Shown piece by piece: positions 22,257-30,341 of a stretch of 64,000 nucleotides of DNA (positions within the stretch are counted from its first letter, which is position 1; every line of letters begins with the position of its first letter). Source of the DNA: Candidatus Versatilivorator sp. (GTDB lineage Bacteria; Acidobacteriota; Terriglobia; Versatilivoradales; Versatilivoraceae). Below the pieces are notes generated by a model. That model was not told the DNA's origin and made no database searches. It saw only the letters and a program-made list of their open reading frames with translations. The stretch lies in assembly GCA_965207735.1 (NCBI GenBank), contig OZ242296.1:1376001-1440000 (forward strand), in the 5' to 3' direction. A program made the position numbers and the translations under genes.

Positions 22257-23508
22257 GTTGCCCGGGGGGATGCGGGTCTCGCACTTCCAGGAGGTCCCAG
22301 GCTGCTCTCTGCCTGGCAATGGCCGCCGGATTGGGCCATTGAGCCGGCGAAGTGATTCGTCCCGGCACTCCCGCTCGCCACACGGCCCGAGGCCGAAGGC
22401 GCTGTCGGACTCGGCGCAGCTGGGATTGGCAATCCTCCAATTCGCTGTCGACCCTGTCCAGCGAGAGCACCGTCACGTCCGCCTCCCTCCCGACTCCCAG
22501 GCTTCCGATGCGGTCGGCCCAGCCTATGGCCCTGGCCGGTTCAACGGTGGTTCGCCGAATGACTTCCGTCAGCGGCAGACCCAGGTGGAGCAGCTTGGTC
22601 ATGACCGTCGGCAAGTCGTAGGCAGGTCCTTCGCAGGTTCCGCTGTGAAGATCGCTGCTGATGGTGTCGGGCCAAAACCCCTGCTGAAAACTCAACTCGG
22701 CAACCGTCCAGTTGAACGATCCCTGCCCGAACCCCACGTCGAACAACACGCCCCTTTCCCGGGCTGCTCGGACCGAGGGATCCAACCGCCCGTCAGAACG
22801 GATGATGGTGCTGCGAAATCCATGGTAGGTGTGGGTATAAATGTCGCCCGCGGCCATTTTGCCCGGACAGTCTTCCAGACTCACCGTAGAGAGCGTGTGG
22901 TGGACCATCAGGGGAAGCCGGACCGCACGAGCCGCGGCCAGGGCCCGGCGATAGGCTTCGGCCTCGTTGCGTCCCTCATCGGCCAGTGAGGCCGAAAGAC
23001 GAACCTTGACTCCCGCAATCAGGTCGCGATTGGCATTCACGCAGTCGATGCAGCCCTCCAGGTCGGCCAAGTCCAGCAAATCCAACTCGCCGGGCGTAGC
23101 CTTGTCGCCGCCCAGCCTGGCGAAGGCCAGCCCCGCGCAAGAGATGTTGAGAAGGGCCAGCAGGCGGGTTCGGTTGGGCCGGAAGGCATAGGTTCGAAAG
23201 CCTTCGAAAGTGCTGCAGCCGGCGCTCCCGGTATCGACCGCCGTGGTCACCCCTCGCCCCTGGCAGTAGTGGTCCACGTTGATGCCCAGAGGGGTGACGT
23301 GCTCATAGCCGTGCATGTGCAGATCGATCAGGCCGGGAACCACCAGCAATCCCCTGGCGTCGAATCGCTGGTCGGAAGTTTCCTCGCGGGCCGACCGCGT
23401 CAACCGCGAAATGCGGCCCTCCCGGATACACAGGTCCAGCTGAGCGTCCACTCGATTGGCCGGGTCCATCACCCGGCCTCCCGCGATGATCCAGTCGTGA
23501 TGCGCCAT
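22249..23508 (-). CDS. Amidohydrolase/deacetylase family metallohydrolase (dihydroorotase-like)
   Basis: PGLIDLHMH, GVTTAVDTGSAG, PDTISSD. Confidence 0.85.
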   Translation of the reverse strand: MAHHDWIIAGGRVMDPANRVDAQLDLCIREGRISRLTRSAREETSDQRFDARGLLVVPGLIDLHMHGYEHVTPLGINVDHYCQGRGVTTAVDTGSAGCSTFEGFRTYAFRPNRTRLLALLNISCAGLAFARLGGDKATPGELDLLDLADLEGCIDCVNANRDLIAGVKVRLSASLADEGRNEAEAYRRALAAARAVRLPLMVHHTLSTVSLEDCPGKMAAGDIYTHTYHGFRSTIIRSDGRLDPSVRAARERGVLFDVGFGQGSFNWTVAELSFQQGFWPDTISSDLHSGTCEGPAYDLPTVMTKLLHLGLPLTEVIRRTTVEPARAIGWADRIGSLGVGREADVTVLSLDRVDSELEDCQSQLRRVRQRLRPRAVWRAGVPGRITSPAQWPNPAAIARQRAAWDLLEVRDPHPPGQLT

Positions 23509-23674
23509 GCGATCTTCCTGGGGGAAAGCCTGAGAACTTTCCTGGAAAAGGTGTTTTCCCGGGCTGGAATTAACAGTAAGATGCGACCGGGTTCAGGGGA
23601 TTCCGGGCTCCCCTGGCCACGCAACCGGCAATGAGAACATCCCGGCTCGCATTGCTCACCGATTCGGCGGCGAC

Positions 23675-24613
23675 ATGAAGAAAGCGATCGATCTCGAGGA
23701 GGCCATCCAACACCTCGACCGGCAGGGATACGTGGTGCTCGAAGGAGTCCTGGACAGGAAGCGGCTGCAACGGATTCGAGGGGAAGTCGATCGGCTCTTC
23801 GAGCAGGAACGGCAGCGGCCCTTCGACCCGGGCGACGGCCCCGCGGGGCCCGACGATGCCGCCATCGAAGCCTTTATCTCGGAGGGCTACACCGCCTCGC
23901 CGGCCGAAGTGGCACGAATCATGAAGCGGGTCCGACACACCCGCGCTCTCAACCGGAACACCTCCTGGCCGGTGCCCCCCAACCAGGTCATGAAGCTGTT
24001 CTTTCATCTCCCGCTGCTCTTCGATCAGGATCGGTCTCAACGCATCATGAACCTGCCGGCCAAGTCGGATGGGGCCCTGCACCTGGTTGAAGAACCCCAT
24101 ATCTTGAAATTGGTCCGGGGGGTTCTGGGCGAGGACTGCGTCCTCTCCGACCTGAGCGCCACCAGCATCGGCGCCCATGCCACCGAGGGAGGCGCCTGGC
24201 ACGTGGATGTGCCCTTGGGGCAACTGTCGGAGCCCCTGCCCGATTTCCCCTTGACGGTGCAGAACGCCTGGATGCTGGACGATTTCACGGCCGAAAACGG
24301 CGCCACTCGGGTTGTGCCCCGGAGCCACAAGCTGAGGAAGAAGCCCGCCTGGTCTCCCGAGCAGGAGCAGGAAGAGGTGGTCCTGACCGCTCCCGCCGGG
24401 TCGGTGGCCGTCTGGCTGTCGAACACCTGGCACCGTTCGGGCCCCAATACCACCGACCGCCCCCGCCGGGCTTTGCTCGGCTACTATTCCCGATCCTGGG
24501 TCAAGCCCTTCAGCGACTACCGCACCTGCTTTTCCGAAGGGAAACTGGCGGGTCTCTCCCCTACCCTGCGATACCTGCTGGGCTTCTCCGCCAACGGGAT
24601 CGTGCGGGGATGA
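23675..24613 (+). CDS. Phytanoyl-CoA dioxygenase (PhyH) family Fe/2OG oxygenase
   Basis: WHVD, LDDFTAENGATRVVPRSH, WHRSG..RR. Confidence 0.88.
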   Translation: MKKAIDLEEAIQHLDRQGYVVLEGVLDRKRLQRIRGEVDRLFEQERQRPFDPGDGPAGPDDAAIEAFISEGYTASPAEVARIMKRVRHTRALNRNTSWPVPPNQVMKLFFHLPLLFDQDRSQRIMNLPAKSDGALHLVEEPHILKLVRGVLGEDCVLSDLSATSIGAHATEGGAWHVDVPLGQLSEPLPDFPLTVQNAWMLDDFTAENGATRVVPRSHKLRKKPAWSPEQEQEEVVLTAPAGSVAVWLSNTWHRSGPNTTDRPRRALLGYYSRSWVKPFSDYRTCFSEGKLAGLSPTLRYLLGFSANGIVRG

Positions 24614-24633
24614 CCGGGTCGAGCCCGCGTTCC

Positions 24634-25185
24634 TCAACTCCGGCTTTGGGCCGGCTCCATTGAGAAAACCCGGTCGTAGGATTCCAGGGCCACTCCACCG
24701 AGTCTCTCCGCCATACCCCGGAAGGCCTGCCTGCGAAGACTCCAGCGATCATCCCGCGGCACCTGCTCCAGCCAATCGCACAGATGGATTCGACACAGGT
24801 CGTCAAAGTCCTCCTTGGAGAGTTCGATCTCCTGCTGCTGGAAACGATCCTTCACAATGTAGGGCGCCTGTCCCCGCTTGACGCTCTCGTCCAGGGAATC
24901 CCGCAACAGGCAACAGTTGAGATAGGCGAGTCTCTCCGCCCGCTCTCCAATGAGGTCCCGCACCTCGCCCCGGCGTTCCAGCGGCAAGGTGAACCCCTGG
25001 AACAGCTCGGTGCCGTAGATCGAATGAAACATGCCGACATCGCACAGTTCCTGGCTGCAACCCCAGGACTTCAGGTCGCGGTAGACCCCGCAGGCATGGG
25101 CCAGGTAGGTGTTTGCGGAATGGCCGATATCCGCGGCTCCCAGTTCCTTGAAAAAGTCGGCAAACCTCCGCATCCTCTCACTCAT
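24634..25185 (-). CDS. DUF6817-type hypothetical protein
   Basis: H-S..YLAH, GMFHSIYGTE, IGERAERLAY. Confidence 0.7.
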   Translation of the reverse strand: MSERMRRFADFFKELGAADIGHSANTYLAHACGVYRDLKSWGCSQELCDVGMFHSIYGTELFQGFTLPLERRGEVRDLIGERAERLAYLNCCLLRDSLDESVKRGQAPYIVKDRFQQQEIELSKEDFDDLCRIHLCDWLEQVPRDDRWSLRRQAFRGMAERLGGVALESYDRVFSMEPAQSRS

Positions 25186-25274
25186 GGAAACCCTCCTCGG
25201 ATCGTTGGGATAAAGCGCGCCACCAAGATTGGAACCAGCTTACTTTACACCAGAGTGACCGTCCCGCCTTAGGT

Positions 25275-25580
25275 CCTGTCTGAAACCAACGAAAAAAAGA
25301 GTGATCCACCAAGGGCCACCAGGCGGGACGACTCTACCGCATCGGCAGGGCAACCCGGCGCGCCCCCCCTTCAGGGACACGGGTGAGGGAGGAGCTCCCC
25401 CGGGAGCGCGGGCGTCCCGCCCGCCCCAGTCCGGGCGCAGCCCGGCTCCACTCCCGCGCCCCGATCGAGCGGAAACGCCGCATCAATTCTCCTTCCACCC
25501 GGCCGGCCTCGCAAGAATCTCGCTGGCGCGCTCCGCTGGCTGCGCACCGGGTGGCGGGAAACCGGTTCAAAGTCAAGCAA
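25275..25580. repeat. Composite intergenic repeat (degenerate cassette-A left end, REP palindrome and TCAAAGTCAAGCA block)
   Basis: CCTGTCTGAAACCA..ATCCACCAAGGGCCACC; REP at 25402-25424; 25543-25580 resembles 20285-20320. Confidence 0.6.
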
Positions 25581-25630
25581 CGACACTACGTTCTTGAAAT
25601 AGGACGCGCCCACAAAGTAGCATCGGTCCC

Positions 25631-26995
25631 ATGGCTGACGATCCACGCAATCCCTATCGACTGCACCCCGATTCCGTTCTGAAGCCTCCCAAACGCTTTT
25701 TTTCCATTCTCAGCCACATCGGTCCCGGACTGATCCTGACCAGCACTATCGTGGGATCGGGCGAACTGATCGCAACCACCGTTCTGGGGGCCGAGCAGGG
25801 GTATACGCTGCTCTGGCTGATCCTGGTGAGCTGCATCGTCAAGATCGTGGTCCAGAATGAGTTGGGACGTTACGCCATTGGGACGGGCGAGACCACCCTG
25901 GAAGCCTTCGACAAGCTTCCCGGACCTCGATGGCGGGTTTCCTGGGTGGTTTGGCTGTGGTTCCTGGTCGTGCTGCTGGGACTCTTCTCCATCGGAGGCA
26001 TGCTGGGAGGCATCTCGGAGGTTCTCAACACCCTGCTTCCCGGAGTCTCCTTCAACGCCTGGTTGTTGATCCTCAATCTCTTCACGGTCGGATTGCTGGT
26101 CGTCGGCCGCTACTCGCTGATAGAGCGGGTGGCGATAGCCATGGTAGTGACTTTTACCGCACTGACCGTCGGCTGCGCCTATCTGCTTTCCCAAGACCCG
26201 CAATACTTCTCCTGGGCCAGAGTTCTGGACGGCCTCTCCTTTCACCCTCCGCGGGGCGGCCTGAGCACGGCGGTCACCGTCTTCGGCGCCACCGGAGTGG
26301 GAGCCATCGAATTGATCGCCTATCCCTACTGGTGCATCGAGAAGGGCTATGCACGGTTCACCGGTATTCGGGAAAGGACCGAAGCCTGGAGAACCAGGGC
26401 CGAGGGCTGGATCAAGGTGATGGGAACCGACGTCCTCAGCGCCTGCGTGATCTACACCTTTGCCACGATAGCCTTCTATTTCCTGGGAGCGGGTGTCCTT
26501 TCGGGAATGGGCCTGGTGCCCGAGGGTCTCGACATGGTCAGAACCCTATCCCACATGTTCACCCAGACCCTGGGAAACTGGTCCTTCTATCTTTTCCTGA
26601 TCGGCTCCATGGCTGTCCTCTATTCGACCGTCTTCTCCGGAATCGCCGCCCTGAGCCGCATGCTGGCCGACTTTGCAGGCATGCTCGGCCTCTACCCCAA
26701 AGACGACTATGCCGCCAGGCTAAGGGCCATTCGGCTCCTGGTGGTGGGACTGCCGTTGATTCCCACGCTGCTGTTCCTGTACCTCCAGGAGCCGGTTGTC
26801 ATGATCAAGGTCAGCGGAATCAGCCAGGCCCTGCTGCTGCCCGGAATCGGCTTTGCCATGCTCTACCTCGGCAAGACCTATCTGCCGCGCGAGATCGCAC
26901 CCAAGAACTGGATCACCGCGGCCCTCTGGGGAACCACCCTGATCATGGCCCTCCTGATGGGCTATTCGGTGGTCCTGGCCTTTCTCCGCTGGTAG
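25631..26995 (+). CDS. Nramp/MntH-like divalent metal transporter
   Basis: IGPGLILTSTIVGSGELI, about 11 TM helices, YPYWCIEKG. Confidence 0.8.
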   Translation: MADDPRNPYRLHPDSVLKPPKRFFSILSHIGPGLILTSTIVGSGELIATTVLGAEQGYTLLWLILVSCIVKIVVQNELGRYAIGTGETTLEAFDKLPGPRWRVSWVVWLWFLVVLLGLFSIGGMLGGISEVLNTLLPGVSFNAWLLILNLFTVGLLVVGRYSLIERVAIAMVVTFTALTVGCAYLLSQDPQYFSWARVLDGLSFHPPRGGLSTAVTVFGATGVGAIELIAYPYWCIEKGYARFTGIRERTEAWRTRAEGWIKVMGTDVLSACVIYTFATIAFYFLGAGVLSGMGLVPEGLDMVRTLSHMFTQTLGNWSFYLFLIGSMAVLYSTVFSGIAALSRMLADFAGMLGLYPKDDYAARLRAIRLLVVGLPLIPTLLFLYLQEPVVMIKVSGISQALLLPGIGFAMLYLGKTYLPREIAPKNWITAALWGTTLIMALLMGYSVVLAFLRW

Positions 26996-26997
26996 CG

Positions 26998-27114
26998 GCC
27001 TGTCTGAGAGCATTCACCCGCATTTCTCACGGGGACAGGACTCGCGAGCCAAGGCAAGTTCGTCTGAACTCTCCTTCAGCCCGAGCCGATCGCTGGGCAT
27101 CATTCCTGACAGGC
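26998..27114. mobile_element. Possible degenerate MITE
   Basis: GCCTGTC...GACAGGC inverted ends right after the Nramp stop codon; contains CCCGCATTTCTCAC (27017-27030), identical to the TIR core at 37801. Confidence 0.35.
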
Positions 27115-27245
27115 TCGAGGAAAGAATTGGCGCTCAGAGATGATCGATCTCCCGGGTGGAGGGGCCCCCGATTTCAGCGGAAGTGACGATTCATCGCCAC
27201 ATCTGGATTGCTCATTCCGATCGTGTATTATGGAACGCGAATATT

Positions 27246-27505
27246 ATGAGCAGGCATCCTAAATCCATTCCTGTTTTGAGAACGAAGCTGAGGAACAGGC
27301 TTTCTGGGAGGCCAGCGACGATTTCCTCGGTCCTCTCTTTCACACCTATTTCGAAAAATTGGGCCTGCCCAACTTGATGGCTAAGAAAAATTTCTACGAA
27401 CTGGCCGCGCACGTTCCCGAAGTTGAGATCGACCCCGAGATTTCTGAAAAGCTGGACGTCATCGCGCAAGTGGCACAGAGCGCGGAGGCCGCCCAGGAGA
27501 ATTAA
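27246..27505 (+). pseudogene. Chimeric frameshifted remnant: CopG/BrnA-type antitoxin N-terminus joined to an AAA-ATPase-like C-terminus
   Basis: MSRHPKSIP /frameshift/ FENEAEEQAFWE then ASDDFLGPLFHTYFEKLGLPNLM...EIDPEISEKLD*. Confidence 0.5.
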
Positions 27506-27516
27506 GGAGGCAAACC

Positions 27517-28440
27517 ATGAAGATCCTTGTTTCAGGTTCCGGCGGGCTGGTCGGCTCCGCTCTGTTGCCGGTGTTGAGATCGGCCGGGCACGAAGTCATC
27601 AGGCTGGTGCGACGCCCGTCGGCCTCGCTCGGGCCGGACGATGCTACGGTTCAATGGAACCCTGAAACCGGGGAACTGGACGGGAGTCGGCTAGAGGGGA
27701 TTGAGGCGGTGGTGCACCTGGCGGGCGAGAACATCGCCGCCCGGCGCTGGACACCCGCGCAGAAAGCCAGGATCCGCGACAGCCGTGTCCAGGGAACGGC
27801 CCTCCTGAGCGAGCGGCTGGCCAGCCTCGCCCTGCCTCCGGCCACGCTGGTGGCGGCCTCGGCCATCGGCTTTTACGGAGATCGCGGAGACAAACTGCTC
27901 CACGAAGACAGCTCTTCCGGCAACGACTTTCTGTCGGAGGTCTGCCGTCAATGGGAAGCGGCCTCTCTCCCCGCGGCGGAAAAAGGCGTCCGGGTCGTCC
28001 ATGTGCGGCTCGGCATCGTCCTGTCTCCCCGGGGCGGCGCCCTGGCCAAGATGTTGCTGCCCTTCAAGCTGGGGGCCGGGGGCAAGATCGGCAGCGGTCA
28101 ACAGCACATGAGCTGGATCGCTTTGGATGATGCGGTAGGGGCCCTTTGCCACGCTCTGACGGACTCGAACCTCAGCGGCCCCGTCAACGCGGTCGCCCCC
28201 AACTCCGCCACCAACCTGGAATTCACCAAGACCCTGGGAAAGGTGCTGTCCCGTCCGACCCTGTTCCCCATGCCTGGTTTTGCGGCTCGCATCGCCTTTG
28301 GAGAGATGGCCGAGGCCTTGCTGCTGGGCAGCACCCGGGTGGAACCCCGGCGGCTGGCCGATTCCGGCTACGCCTTCCAATACCCCACCCTGGAAGCCGC
28401 CCTGCGCCATCTCCTGAACAAGCCCGCTCGCGGCGGCTGA
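27517..28440 (+). CDS. TIGR01777 family NAD-dependent epimerase/oxidoreductase (YfcH-like)
   Basis: GSGGLVG, HLAGENIA, ASAIGFYG, GSGQQHMSWI, SGPVNAVAP. Confidence 0.92.
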   Translation: MKILVSGSGGLVGSALLPVLRSAGHEVIRLVRRPSASLGPDDATVQWNPETGELDGSRLEGIEAVVHLAGENIAARRWTPAQKARIRDSRVQGTALLSERLASLALPPATLVAASAIGFYGDRGDKLLHEDSSSGNDFLSEVCRQWEAASLPAAEKGVRVVHVRLGIVLSPRGGALAKMLLPFKLGAGGKIGSGQQHMSWIALDDAVGALCHALTDSNLSGPVNAVAPNSATNLEFTKTLGKVLSRPTLFPMPGFAARIAFGEMAEALLLGSTRVEPRRLADSGYAFQYPTLEAALRHLLNKPARGG

Positions 28441-28453
28441 GGCAAATCCAGCC

Positions 28454-29650
28454 TCAGGAATCCTGTCGTTTTTTCCATTCCCGGATCCCGTCGCAGAGCG
28501 CCTTCAGCGACCGGCTCAGCAGCTCGTGTTGCAGGGCGAAGGTCAATACCAGGTGGGCGGGGGCCATGTCGTAGAAGTAGCCGGGGTGCACCAGGACCCC
28601 CGCCTCCCGGAGGAGATCGATACAGAGGGCCTCCTCGTCGACCTCCGCCCCTCCCACCTTGAGAGTGAGATAGAACCCACCCCGCGGCGGGCTGAAGCAC
28701 ACGCCCGGACATTGGGAAAGCACCCCGCCACTGATGCGGCGGCAGCTCAGAAGCCAGGGCAGGCAGGCAGATGCAAAGGCTTCCCGGTTCTCCATTATGC
28801 CGCGGACCATGTGCTGGGCGAGGTCGTTGACCGGCAGGAAAGTATCCGAAATGAGCTCCATCACTTCCAGGGATCTTCGAACCCGGGCCGGCCTGCCGCT
28901 CAGCAATATCCAGCCCAGCTTCAGTCCGGGCAGACCCACCATCTTGGAAAATCCATTGAGGGTGAAAACCAGCGGCGCGGCGGTGGAGGCAGCCCGCGGC
29001 AGGGCTTCCAGGTCGTAGAGAAACTCGCTGAAGACTTCGTCGGCAAGGACCGGCAAGTCATGCCTGCAGGCGATGGCCGCCAGACCTTGGAGGGACTGGA
29101 CGCCCGCTACCATTCCGGTGGGATTGTGGGGTGAGATCACTACCAGGGCACGGGTTCGGGTACTGACCTGGGACTCCAGATGCTCGAGATCGATCTCCCA
29201 TCCCCGAGATTCCCGCAGCCGGTAATACCTCAACCGGAGTCCCGCCAACTCGGCAATCGACTCGAACAGAGGGTAGGACGGACGGGGGCAGAGGATCTCT
29301 TCTCCCGGACTGGCCAGCAGTTTGAAGCAGTAGAAGTAGGAAAGGCTGGTCCCGGGCGTGATGAGGACCTGCTCGGCCGAGGCTGGGATGCCGGCCGTCC
29401 GATAGTAGTCGGCAATGGCCTCGCGGGCGGATGGCAGTCCCAACGGATCGGGACGATAGATTTGTGCCCGTTGGGCCGCCTCCGCCAGGATGGCCTGCAG
29501 CCGCTCTTGAGGAAAGACCCACCCCTGTTGGGCCAGGTTGGTGGATATCAGATCAAGGACGGGTCTTCCGGAGGCGGCGGCTTTCTCATACTCCGTGTAG
29601 AGGCGATTGCGTTTTGCCGCCAAACGGTCGGCCAGCTTGGAGAACCGCAT
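28454..29650 (-). CDS. PLP-dependent aminotransferase class I/II
   Basis: SPHNPTG, DEVF, NGFSKMVGLPGLKLGW, LVHPGYFY. Confidence 0.9.
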   Translation of the reverse strand: MRFSKLADRLAAKRNRLYTEYEKAAASGRPVLDLISTNLAQQGWVFPQERLQAILAEAAQRAQIYRPDPLGLPSAREAIADYYRTAGIPASAEQVLITPGTSLSYFYCFKLLASPGEEILCPRPSYPLFESIAELAGLRLRYYRLRESRGWEIDLEHLESQVSTRTRALVVISPHNPTGMVAGVQSLQGLAAIACRHDLPVLADEVFSEFLYDLEALPRAASTAAPLVFTLNGFSKMVGLPGLKLGWILLSGRPARVRRSLEVMELISDTFLPVNDLAQHMVRGIMENREAFASACLPWLLSCRRISGGVLSQCPGVCFSPPRGGFYLTLKVGGAEVDEEALCIDLLREAGVLVHPGYFYDMAPAHLVLTFALQHELLSRSLKALCDGIREWKKRQDS

Positions 29651-29654
29651 GCCG

Positions 29655-30179
29655 TCACTGTGGGTTCAACTCCTTGAGCTTGGCAACCACGTCCTCGGCG
29701 GCCGTGGAAGCACTGACCTGACGATCCACGTAAAGGATCTTCCCGTCCTTTCCGATGTAGAAAGTCCATCGTTCCGGCAGGCTTCGGTTCTCGTGGACAA
29801 CGCCGTAAGCACGGGCGGTCGCTTTGCCCGGATCGCTCAATATGGGATAGTCCGCTTTCAGAGATTCGGCAAACCGGCGGTTGTCATCAGCGGTGTCACA
29901 GCTTGCGGTAAAGTAGGCAACGTTCAAGGCTCGCAAGGCTTGGCCATTCTCACGGAACGACCGGCACTCGGCCGTTCACCCACCGGTGAAGGCCTTGGGA
30001 TACCAGGCCAGCACCACCACCTGCTTGCCCTTGAACTGCTTCAGGCTGTAGGTCTTCCCGTCCGAACCCGGAAGCGAGAAATCGGGCGCCATGTCTCCGG
30101 GCTTCAGGTCGGCTGCCAGGGACTGGCCCCAGGCAAGCACCAACACGAATGCCAGCACCATGGAGATCTTCATCAACAT
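29655..30179 (-). CDS. Secreted BCP/PrxQ-type peroxiredoxin with probable selenocysteine (in-frame TGA at 29976-29978)
   Basis: Two in-frame ORF-track pieces join as WYPKAFTGG-U-TAEC; TGA occupies the peroxidatic Cys position; hairpin directly downstream. Confidence 0.85.
29955..29977 (-). promoter_or_regulatory. Candidate bacterial SECIS hairpin
   Basis: GAACGGCCG-AGUGC-CGGUCGUUC, a 9-bp stem (one G-U pair) beginning within the UGA. Confidence 0.5.
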
Positions 30180-30341
30180 TGGAGTCTCTCCTTTTCTTGA
30201 GTTGTTTTAGACAAGTCCCGCCCCCGCCCTGCCGTGCGGATCATTCGAGAGTGAAACAATCAGAAATCGACAATCCTTTCGCGAACTTGGTATCCCGTCA
30301 CGGTTAACCTCAGCGCCTTAGTGTCCCTTCGTCGTTCTTCG

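Noticed and set aside
30202-30260. Integron attC site as the intron target
   Set aside because: The inverted ends run GTT...AAC, the reverse of the RYYYAAC...GTTRRRY order; there is no integrase; the intron inserts about 80 nt away
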